From Calonectris borealis (Eukaryota), in contig NC_134312.1 in NCBI RefSeq assembly GCF_964195595.1, positions 201,217,140 through 201,281,139 on the forward strand: a DNA stretch of 64,000 nt, written 5' to 3'. A program made the position numbers and the translations under genes. This document shows positions 1 through 10,429 of this stretch, one piece after another (position 1 is the first letter of the stretch; every line of letters starts with the position of its first letter). The notes under the pieces are model-generated. The model saw nothing but the letters and a program-made list of their open reading frames with translations. It was not told the DNA's origin and made no database searches.

Positions 1-2199
1 AATCTGCTTCCTAGCCAGCTGGCCTCTCACCTATCTGGTGGTACAGGGTCATGCCATTTCAGATGCAGGACTTCAGTTAGCTGCAGAGTTACTGTTACGC
101 CCTCGTAACTCAGGTACAAAATAAGTTAGAAGTCCTCTTGTAATTAACTGAGAAAGCTGGACAAAAAAAAGTCTACTGCAAGTGTAAGACTATGTGGCTG
201 TTGAATGACTCTACATCCAGTACATGGAGAGTGATACAAAAAGGCAGCTTAAGAGAAGACAGGAGATTGATCATCATACTAAAGATACATACGCAGTCTT
301 ACACTCATCTGTCAGCATTATCTTACCCAACATTGTTATTTCTTTCCTCTGTACCACTTACAAATAATAAAACTTAGATTTCCAAGGATTTTTATACTGC
401 TGTAGCTTCTATGAGAACTAGTGATGGGCTAGAACCAACTCCTATGGAAAGGGGTATTACCATGTCATTAAAGAGCAGAATTAGGGTTACTCATTTCCAC
501 CAGGGAATGTCACGATTTGGAGCCTGTTTTAGTAAAATTGTAGTGCAGCATGAAAGGCTTTCTAGACATACTGAGAGGAAACATTTCCAAACTTTTATTG
601 CTTGTTTCTCTTAAGTAGGACATGTTAATGTTTCATTTATCAGTAGGTCTAATTCCTCAGCCCAACGCCATCCCAGGAGTGCTGTCTCTCATGCTACCAC
701 TACTACCAGCTCCAGCAACATCAGGACTGCAAATGAAAAGAGCTTCTCTGTGCGGTGCTCTCCAGCTCTCCCGCTTCTGCAGCTGTGACACAGGAACACA
801 GTAACTGGCCTTATGCTGTGCTGGACAGTGGCCGACTCGATGTATCTGCTTGGACTTTCAATCAGTCTTGGGAATCTGCAAGCTGGGAACCACTAGTCTA
901 AAGCAGACTACATAAAATATACTCCACTGAATGTAACACACAGCTTTTTCCAGGCATTTCGGAAGTTAGGACTGGGTGCAAGTATCTGTCTTGCCCTGTG
1001 TTTCTGAAGCACAGGAGCATGGCCCCCACTGAAGAGCAATGGAAAGGTGACCTGATGCAATCGGAGCCCATGCTACAAAGCCACAACCAACACATACTGG
1101 GTAAGGCACATGCAGATCGTAAGGCTAACTGCACTGACCCAGCCTGGAAACCTCAAGTGCATACAGCTCCGAACCTGCTGCAGAATGGGCTGCTTGGAGA
1201 AGGAGGATAGAAAGAGGGGGCATAACACACCTTTTTACCAGCACATGCCAATGACATTTTTAAGAGATGGTACTTGCCCGCATTCCAGTAGTCTTTAGAA
1301 GTGTGTGGAACGGTATGACTCACCCCCCCACCAGTATACAGATTTTAGGTTCCATCACTGGGGGGAGGAGGTGAAAGGGAAGAAAGAAAAAAAAAAAAAG
1401 AAGAGTTCTCTTGTTTTCAAGCCTGACTTATTATTTTGACCAACACTTCATACAGGCAAAGCTATAAATACTGTATTACCCCAAAAGCATAACATTCTTA
1501 AGCCATCATGATATTTCAGTCAAGAGACAACCTAATCATGATAGCATCACAAATATCTAAGAAATTCTTGATCTGAAGGTTCTCCAACCTAAGGGTTTCA
1601 AAACCCTTATGTTTTACACTAAACAGGCAGAATTCTATACTATCACGTACCTGACTGAAGCCTAAAATAAAAATCATTAATTAGTTAAAATAAACCATTT
1701 TCAGACACAAAATCATAAAAAACGCACAAACCTATGTTAATTATTTTTTGTATTCGAGGTTTAGGTAATTTTAGAAGAACTTCAACCAGTCTATGCTGTT
1801 TTCAAAAAAAGAAGAAAAGGTATGATATTTCTGTCTAAACAAAGCAAAGATCACTACAGCTAGTTATTTTAACTGGAAGAAGTCTCTAATTTTAAGAGGT
1901 CTTCACATATTTTATAAGCCAGTAAACATAGTCTCATGAAACACACCTTGAAACCACCTCCAAGTTCTCCATTATACTCAATCCTGCCCATTTCTGCACT
2001 CAAACACTTTACATCAAAATACTACTGCAGTTCAGACATAAGAGCAAAGAGTAGTTTAACAATGCAGACAAAAAAAACTTAGTAAAGATACTCCAGATTT
2101 AGTCCCTTTAGTCAAAGCTGTAAGATACAAAACGCTTCCTTGCAAAATTATGCACAAGGTGTTTTAAAAGACAATTATAACGGAACTACTATTTTTACA

Positions 2200-3500
2200 T
2201 GGTTCTCGCCCAAGTATAAAAGAATCGTGCAGGAAAATCTGCCTGAACAGCAGCCTCTGCCTGTGCAGCCTGCACAACCTTGCGCGCACTGAAAGCGAGG
2301 GAAGAGCACGAGACCGAGCGCACTCCGGCCCACCCTGCTGCCAGCCCATGGTTAATCAACCGCTCCCGACTCCCGTGCTGCCGTGCACCTCCTCGGGGAG
2401 CACGGCGAAACCCGACCCCAAGGCAGCCGCAGGCCCCAGTTAGGGGGCGGCCGGGCTGCCCGCCAGACCCGCCACCGCACGGCGCAGCCGCCTCCCTGAG
2501 AGACCCGCCGCCGCCGCACCGCCCGGGGGGCCCCGCCACAGCCCCGGGAGAGCGGCCGGGGGCGCCGCGCTGAGAGGCGGCGGCACTGCGCACTCACCCC
2601 CTCGGTCTTCACGTCAAGGATCTTCTCCACCTCGAACACGTCCACGTCCTCCTCCTCCTCCTCCTCCTCCTCCTCCTCCTCGCTCTCGCCACCGCCGCCG
2701 GCTGCCGCCGCTGCCGCGCCCGCCGCTTTGCCAGCCCCGCTGCCGTCTTCCTCCCCGTCCTCCTCGTCCTCCGCCGCGGCCGCCGTCTCCTCCTCTTCCT
2801 CCGCCCCCTCCAGCCTGGCCGCCGCCGCCTCAGCCCCACTCCCGGCCGCCGCCGCCATTTTGGGCCGAATTTCAAACGACAACGGTGAAAAGCGGCTGCG
2901 ACATCCACCGCCTGGCGAGGAGGGAGAGAGGCGGCGGCCGCAGCCAATCGGCGCCCCGCCAGCCCATGACGGACATGGGCGGGGCCCCGAGCCCGGAGGC
3001 CTTCGTGCCCTCAGCGCGGCGGCCCGCGGCAGCCAATGGGGGGGTCCCAGCAGGAGGCCCCGGCAGGATTGGAGGGGGCCGGCCTCTTGCCGGTGGCCGC
3101 GGGCTCCCGGCCGGCCCGGCTTCTGGAGGCCGCGGCCTCGCTCGTCCCCGGGCGGGCTGTCCTCCAGCCCGATGCCTGCCGCAAAGCCGGGCGGCGGGAG
3201 CGGGGAGCCCGGTGCCGTCCCGCTTCCAGACAAGCTCTGCTGTCGCCCGCCGGTGCTAGCCGCCGCGGGTCTCGGCACTACGGCTGCCGGGAGCCCCGAT
3301 GCTGTCGGCGAGGGGCGAGCGCCGGGTGGTTGCTGGAGCTGCCTGTCTGCACGCTGGCCCGGGGGCCCCTTCCTCGAAAGCGTGACCGAAGCCCCGCTCG
3401 GCCGCCGTGTAAGGTTTCGCTGCCTGGCGCGGTAGCTCTCCTCCGGAGAAGGGAGGTGGTTACCGGTGACTGGAGGCACTCAAAGTCACGTTCACGCTGC
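2200..3500. promoter_or_regulatory. CpG island and promoter region of MPHOSPH8; two CCAAT boxes (cagccaat at about 2940-2947 and 3030-3037) lie upstream of the ATG
   Basis: Very high GC and CpG density compared with the AT-rich flanks. It surrounds the first coding exon of a minus-strand gene. Two CCAAT (NF-Y type) motifs sit within about 200 bp upstream of the start codon. Confidence 0.6.
2598..2858 (-). CDS. MPHOSPH8: MPHOSPH8 (MPP8) first coding exon: Met, poly-Ala/poly-Glu acidic N-terminus, start of chromodomain, then GTGAGT splice donor
   Basis: Minus-strand translation MAAAAGSGAEAAAARLEGAEEEEE...ESEEEEEEEEEEEDVDVFEVEKILDVKTEG. The segment DVFEVEKILDxKTEG matches the MPP8 chromodomain start (human DVFEVEKILDMKTEGGKVLYKVRWKGY, recalled from memory). 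ATG is at 2858..2856. The exon ends at 2598 and is followed on the minus strand by gtgagtg. It lies inside a CpG island. Confidence 0.78.
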
Positions 3501-3639
3501 TGATCCTTCTGCCAGGAGATACGGTGCCCGGGTAGGGCTGGCTCGTCCGAATAAAAAGACAAGAGTGTGCTGAATATCGCGGTGCAAAGGTATTCTTTGC
3601 CCTCAGCTGGGTGAGGCTTTGGGGAAACACACAAGAAGG

Positions 3640-3845
3640 ATGTACACGGACACCTCAGGACGAGGTCCTGCTGGGGAATGTGGTTTCTCCCTAGGAAAAA
3701 GAATCCTTTTAAATTTAATTCTAAGGTCAGGTTGGGTGGGGCTCTGAACAACCCGATCTAGTTGAAGATGTCCCTGCCCACGGCAGGGGGTTTGGACTAG
3801 ATGACCTTCAAAGGTCCCTTCCAACCCAAACTATTCTATGATTCA
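3640..3845 (+). mobile_element. CR1 LINE 3'-end fragment (ORF2 C-terminus, 3' UTR and (ATTCTATG) tail)
   Basis: The sequence ...gatgtccctgcccacggcagggggtttggactagatgaccttcaaaggtcccttccaacccaaactattctatgattcatag matches the canonical chicken CR1 3' terminus, ending in ATTCTATG repeats. Confidence 0.65.
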
Positions 3846-6800
3846 TAGTGTTTTGCATGTTAAAATAATTGCCCATAGGCAAGCACAGCTTTTTTTATGT
3901 AACATGCTGGAGAAAAAAAGACAATCTTGTAAGAAAAAGCAAATAAACCACACCCTATTTGCTTATTCAACTGCCTTTGCTAGAGCCAGAGTATTAATAT
4001 ATTGCATCTCAGAAACAGTTCCTTAAAGAACACACATCACTCAAATGAAACTCGGGCTTTAGTGTGAACGTATACTTTCCATGCAGACCCGTATGGGATT
4101 TAGCGTTGCAACAGTGAAAACACCAAACTATTTGAATAATTAACTGCAGTGAAGGAAAAAAAGAAATTTATTTCTTTTATTCATATTTTTGCCAGCACTT
4201 AATTTCTAAGGTAACTCTAGTAATGCAGCAGTTGACCATACAAAGACTTAACAGTGGCTTTAGAAGCTAGTTTATTGTTGTCTACATTAAAGAGTCTGTC
4301 TAGTTCTTAAGAAACCCATATCCTAGCTCTTCTCAAATAGAAAGTGTAGTACAAATCTTTCCTTTGTATTATTTACTAAAAAGAGACAGTATCTTACACA
4401 TGTGAAAATAAGGATTCAGAGCACCTTAGAAGCAGAATGACCTCAGGATAACCCTCTTAGCAACCTCCTCTACTCCATCCTTAGCAGATGTTTGCTTAAA
4501 TTCTCATGAAAACACCTATGAGAGAGATTCCACAGTTTTCTTTAGTAACCTCTTACAACACTTCTCTATTACTGGTAGGGAGCATTCTCCATTTGCTAGG
4601 GCAGTGTAACACATTACCTACGGTGGCTGTGGAATCTCCTGCTTCTGAATATTTTCAATGGTTGGACAAACAAGTGTAGAGAATGTTCTGCACACGCGGG
4701 ATCCCGCCTCAGCACAAGCAATTCTACTAAGTCTCTAGCTACATTTCCTCAGATCACAAAGCACCAAAGTGTGATTCTGTGCAGCTCCTTAATTTAGAAG
4801 AGGTTAATGTGTTCATTCAAGCACCTGTGAAAAGCCCACTAAATTAAATCACTTTTAGTCTGGTTTTGTTATTATGCTTCAGTGTTTGGTCCAGTATAAA
4901 ATAAAACTAATCAGTTTTAGTTTTTTGTCAGAATAAAATCAGAATACAGAGTAACAGCAGGAAAAAAAGAGAGAACTCATTCCTCCTAACAAAACTGGCC
5001 TATGTATTCACAAATTGACCTATGACCGAAAAGAAAAGCAGTGCAGGAGAAAAATAACGGTTCTGCTGTTTGCATTTCAAAGCACACTGTAGGAATTACA
5101 AAACCACGCAATTGAAAACACTGATATGTTCTGAAGATATTTATTAGTTCTTTGTTTATCACATTCTTGTATCTGTCAAAACACCTCCTGCCATATTTAA
5201 CTGAATTACTACATTACACTTTCTTTACCGTGCCATTAAAGAAGTACATAAGATTTTAGGAGAAATCAAACCAAAGATATTATTAAAGTACTTTTATAAT
5301 GTGCAATGAACCAAAGAGATTAATGTAAAAAAATGAAATATTAAGGTATTTTTAACAGTTACAGATAAGTAAAATACTACATATATGTAAAATCAAGACT
5401 TACTAACTATAAGACTCTTTATTTCCATACCTTTACGTCTGTGACTATGAGAATTATTATTCAGTAGTAAGGTCAAATGTCCTCAATTTAAACAATTTAT
5501 GTAAAACTGCAAGGAAAGCTAACTCTGCTATTATCTTAAAGAATTAGGTGATTAAATATTTTAAATAGAAAGAGAATTCATGTTAGGTAAACTTGATACC
5601 CAGTATCTTCTTAGTGGCAGAATCCCAGTCTTTCCCAAGTTCAAGTCGATAGCAAATTGATGGAAATCGCTTCTCAACTCTTCTTACCCACTCTATTGCT
5701 TTCTTGATCAACTCAAAAGGCCAGTGAACACCACTGTGTGTAGAAATGAAGTTTTATTATAACAAAATCTTGTAAATCCACCAAAGGAGCAAGAAGAAAG
5801 TAATTTCTTCTGATGATAATTACTTGAAAATTTTCTATAGTACAATGATCCAGCCTGTATAAAATACCATCTAATGCAGAAAACATTATCATCTGAGCTG
5901 CTCTATCTTTTTAGAATCTTCCACATGGGAAGTATGTAGACTCATAATCATTACTTCCATTTATTTGCACTATTCCAATCACTGCAGTGAAGTACTATGC
6001 ATTTCATAAAGGCAAACATGACTTCTCCTTCGCACATTCACGTTAGAATTGCTTTCATCCAGCAGTCAATGCCATTTTATTTGTATTCCTGACTAGAGTA
6101 GCCAAAATTATACAACCAATTTTTCCCCTCTGTCAAGGAGTTTCAAAAGAGGGAGGAAGATTTCCAAGGCTGTCCTGACTCTTTCTTTATCCTGTTCCTA
6201 TACGCCCTGTTAAAGTATGAAGTGTGTAAAGCTTCCCATTTTGGCACAAGGAATCTGTTGGTGGCTGGGGCAATCTAGATTCACTGGAGGCCTATTCCTT
6301 CATGCTTCTTTTAAGACCTTTGTCTTTCCTCTATACCAAAAAAACTTGTGAGTTGATAATTGTTCACTTCACCCCCAAAGAAAAGGAATTTCCAGACACA
6401 GGAACCCTGTATTCAAAAGATAATAGAGCACTGGAACATACAAAAGCAAGAGGGATGGGGTTCAGAATGAGCCAGCACCAGCATTCCTCACAGCTAAAGG
6501 AAAGGGTGGAAGTTGTGGTGTGAAGAATCATCTGCTCTAATAATTTCAAAAGTCTTGTCCAGAATATTTTATGGTGTATGCTTGTGAAGAACACCAAGCC
6601 ATAAATATAATCCTAAAAAAGGGTGCAGGCCAACAGGCACAAGTTGGCACATCAAGGAAAAGTCCGGTAGGTTTTTTTTCCTAATTTCTAAAATAAGTGA
6701 TTAATAAACACTGGAAAAGGTTGCCCTTAAAAACGTTGAGGTTGACGAATCTCCATGCTTAAAGATATTTAAAACTCAGCTGGGCAAGATCCTGAACAAC

Positions 6801-8869
6801 TTATCCAACATCTGAGTTGGCCCTGCTTTAAGGAACAGATGACCTCCACAGGCCATATCCAACCTGAATTATTCAATGATTCTAGTAAGAAGTATAAAAT
6901 ATCTTTTACTACTTTCTATACTTCTCAATTTTTATATCATATTTTGCAAAGTATTTCATCCTTCATCCATCCTCTTAAAAGAAACCATGTGCCACCAATG
7001 ATTACATTCCCTTTTCTACAGCCATATCCTGTAGTATAGTCATTGACTCTCTATAATGAAATCAATCTCTGTATGTTGAGAAGTTTTACATTACTACATT
7101 AAATTATAAGATTTTACTTAAAAGCACACCTTGAATTAGATGAATCATCCAGTTTCATCAGTGTTTTGAAAACTATCCCTTTCAATTCGTTTGTGCAGCG
7201 TATGAACTGTAGCACAAGAAGAGTAGCAATCAACTGCAGTAGCTTTTCTTTTCCAGTTGGGCCTAAGGAAGAAGAAAAGGGAAGTGGTATTACTATTTAA
7301 ATGATTTCTTGACAACAGAAAAAGTACTCCGTATCAATTTAAAACATCAACTGTCCTAATGCTATTTAATTGTTTCACCATACAATCACTGCTATCAAGA
7401 GTATTCACATAAATGATTTGACAAACATGCTCCTGGCTTTCAAACTTAAACTTGGTAATGCTTTGTTGGGATTTCTGCAGTTTGTGTTTGCTTGGGTTCT
7501 AATCTACTTTGATTTCAATACATGCAATAATGGGAAACTTGTAAGATTTTTGTCCTTTGATGAAGCATTGCACCCTCTAATAATTTAGAAAGAAGGAATT
7601 GCCTTTTTTCCCCCCCAGGTTTTCTGGTCTGCTGACAGCAAACAGCACCAATTGACAGAAACAAACAGCAAAGTGTGTATAGGTGGAGTGCATGCTGAAT
7701 GCTCCAGACTGTGTGTGTGTGGAAGAATTATATAAATATTCATATTATTTGAAATGTGAAAAGCAGAAGTGATCTCTGCCTTTCTCCTAGGAGAGACTTT
7801 TCTTGCCTTTTTTCCTTTAATAGATATTAAGATAGCAGATACAATAATTAAGATAAAAGAACCTCTGTTGCTACTCCAGCTATCTCACATACTCCACACA
7901 TTTCTCCAGATGTGCTTAGCAATCAGGACACTATATTGTGAGAGAAGTTGAGAAGAAACTGTATTATTAAAATCAGGCACTTTTGAAAACTTTAAATTAA
8001 TAGATCCATTTAAAATCTGAGCATATCTTATTGAGAGTTTCACTAGACATACAGAGTTATAACACATACAGACAGGAAATATACAATGTACTGCTTTTTA
8101 ATGACAGAAAAGTATTTACCAAGTGACTGAATGCCTTTTCTAATAAGGAAATCGTTAATTAAATGATCAACATCAAATTTCAAGATCTTTCCCAACTGTG
8201 GGCTAAGATTCCAAGAGCCATCCTATGGAATAAACAAAGATATGGATAAGCCAAAGATTCAGAACACTGAAAATTTATTTGGCAAGAAGAAAATAGACAT
8301 AGAAGAATTATTTTAAATATTATTTGAAAAGCTTACACAAACAAGCTCAAGTACTTATTCTTCAATATTAAATACTTTTGAAACTCTACATGTCCTTGCA
8401 GCTTTATGTCTTAGAAAACTGTAACTGTAGACACAAATTTATAACGATTCGTTTGAGGTAATTTAGAATATATGATTTTAAATGGATGTTTAGATAGTAA
8501 TTATCCAAACTATGTAAAAAGTGAAAATCTGTAGAATATTAAGTTTAATTAGTGTAAAAATCTGTGAGAAACATTTCTTTTTAAAATTCAACAATTGGCA
8601 ATTCTGCTGAAAAAGAAGAAACCTTGAACTGCACATTGGGAGTTAATTCCCACAAGAGTCAATCACAAGTCTACTACTCTAATCCCCATGTCCATGTGGC
8701 ATATGGTAATGGTTCAATGTTCAGAAATAATTTGATAAAAGTGTCCTGTCAAAAATACAGGAAAAATATGTGTCTCTTCTTAACGCTGAGGTTGGCTATA
8801 CTTTACTACTGTCACATACAAGCTTCTTACATAAAATAAAGTTAATTACACACAGAATGAAGAAATGCT

Positions 8870-9108
8870 TTAAAAAAATAGCAAGTAAGTCATGAGGATG
8901 CAAATACTAGGTGGAATCTGCTGCACAAAGGAACCTGAAGCTGGGGCACCTGTAAGACTTGATGAACCTAGTGTACAGGGTGTACTCCCAACAAAAGGGA
9001 GTTCAATATACCACCCTGCTGAATGGCCAATCTCTGCTGATAAACGACAGGAGTCTCCACTGAGGGCATCCCACGGTGGCTTCTTCACTTGGATCATGTA
9101 ATACTCCT
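8870..9108 (-). CDS. PARP4: Candidate PARP4 terminal coding exon (..EYYMIQVKKPPWDALSGDS...FVQQIPPSICILMTY..stop)
   Basis: Acceptor ggttttcag|GAG. The open frame runs to a stop at about 8870. It is weakly similar to the human PARP4 C-terminus (..LMKMDDASISRNIPWAFEA...EGQYPSICPRLELG); PW and PSIC are conserved. Confidence 0.4.
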
Positions 9109-9629
9109 GAAAACCTCTTTATGTTTATTACTTACAGGTATTGACTGTGTGATCCACAATCTGATTGTTGATCACCACCTCACCCTTTAAGTTGGTACAC
9201 TCACCAAACCGGAGATGGGTTATGTGGAACAGGGACTTCTCCCACCACAAGGGATATACCAAAACTTACAAAGCTAAACATTACCTGCTCTGACTCCTAC
9301 CTGCAGGATTCTTGAACAGTACAGTTTCATTCAGTTTCCCTAGCAATTGGTCTGACTGTCCAGGGGAAGTTCCTGCTGCGATATCTCTCAGTCCAACTCT
9401 CTAAAACCCAGCTTCTTATTTTCTTGCACAATGTGCATTATTTGAATCTATTTCTTCCACTTAGCTTCCCCTATATGTTTTTATACTTGTCCCAGGAAGT
9501 CCTCAAGTTGCAAACTGATGGAGGCTGTAAAAAGGTTCTGATTTTCTACCGTTCCTTACACATCCATTGCTGAGTTGCCAGTGGAAGTAATAAAACATAG
9601 CATGACTGATGTCAACATACACTTGTAAA

Positions 9630-10300
9630 ATCTGTTTATAAACATTTTATAAATGTATTTTACTTTATCTCAGGAAAGGACTCAAGTAAAAATATTTTTT
9701 CCTTCTACCTATATTTTATTTTTAAGTAATGCACAAATAGACTATGGGTACTGTACCTGATTTTGGAGTGCAAAAATTTCTTTCCAGTTTACAGAAGTCA
9801 ACTCAATTCTCTGTTGAATCCTTTCTTTCTCTGTTGTTATAAAACACCTTGATTGTTCCTGGAGACAATAATGTTCACTAAGAATCTGACCGCTATTATT
9901 CCTGCAGCTACTACATCATGATACAAAGTAATTGCATTTAAAAGTTTAAAAACCACTCCTCTTTTTAAAAAGAAACATCTTCTTGTTGAAAAAGGTTCAT
10001 TCTCTCCCACTTAGGAAAGCATTTGCACAAACATCAGCTACAGCTGCAGAAAGTTCCTGTTTAGCAAAATTTCAAGGAATGAAATAATTCCAGAGTTAGT
10101 GAGACATTTTTTCTCTTTTTAATCAAAACTGTATGTCTTCTTGTATTATGCACATTATCATTATACTGTCACTTTTATGTTCAAAATGAAAATAAAAATG
10201 TATTGTTTAAAATAAAAATTTCTTACCCTGTCTACCTTACACTGGGCAAATCCAGAGTAAAATTTGACTCTGGAGATGTTGTCATCACTTGTTGGCTCCA
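9630..10300. repeat. Copy A of an intragenic tandem duplication (pairs with 10430-11890). Contains the functional-looking PARP4 exons F and E and a roughly 60-bp remnant of the S/P-rich exon.
   Basis: Three blocks align with copy B at roughly 70-80% identity: 9640-9800 with 10440-10600, 9860-9960 with 10620-10720, and 10020-10300 with 11640-11890. Copy A lacks the roughly 870 bp between the latter two blocks. Confidence 0.75.
9757..9858 (-). CDS. PARP4: PARP4 exon (EQSRCFITTEKERIQQRIELTSVNWKEIFALQNQ), part of the MVP-interacting region
   Basis: Acceptor tgtctccag|GAA, donor CAG|gtacag. 34 codons, phase 0 in and out. Similar to human ..DDSILCFLEVKEEDEIVCIQHWQDAVPWTELLSLQTEDGFWKL. Confidence 0.55.
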
Positions 10301-10370
10301 ATTTTATACTGTTTCTTAAGCATGATGGATTGCCCATGAAATAAACAAAAAATGCCACAATACCATGACT
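10227..10370 (-). CDS. PARP4: PARP4 exon (SHGIVAFFVYFMGNPSCLRNSIKLEPTSDDNISRVKFYSGFAQCKVDR)
   Basis: Acceptor gatatcag|AGT, donor AGG|gtaaga. 48 codons, phase 0. Similar to human ..SRCPVFAFQSSDTESDELSEVLQDSCFLQIKCDTK. Confidence 0.55.
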
Positions 10371-10429
10371 CTGATATCATCATGCTCTTTATAAAATCAG
10401 TTTATAAAGGAAAGAAAACAAAATAATTT

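Noticed and set aside
2195-3503. Many long overlapping ORFs on both strands (up to 375 aa at 2352-3479, and 235 aa at 2728-3435) in the GC-rich block
   Set aside because: These are typical CpG-island artefacts: Ala/Pro/Gly/Arg-rich, low complexity, overlapping in all frames. Only the 2598-2858 minus-strand segment has a protein match (MPP8), a start codon and a splice donor.
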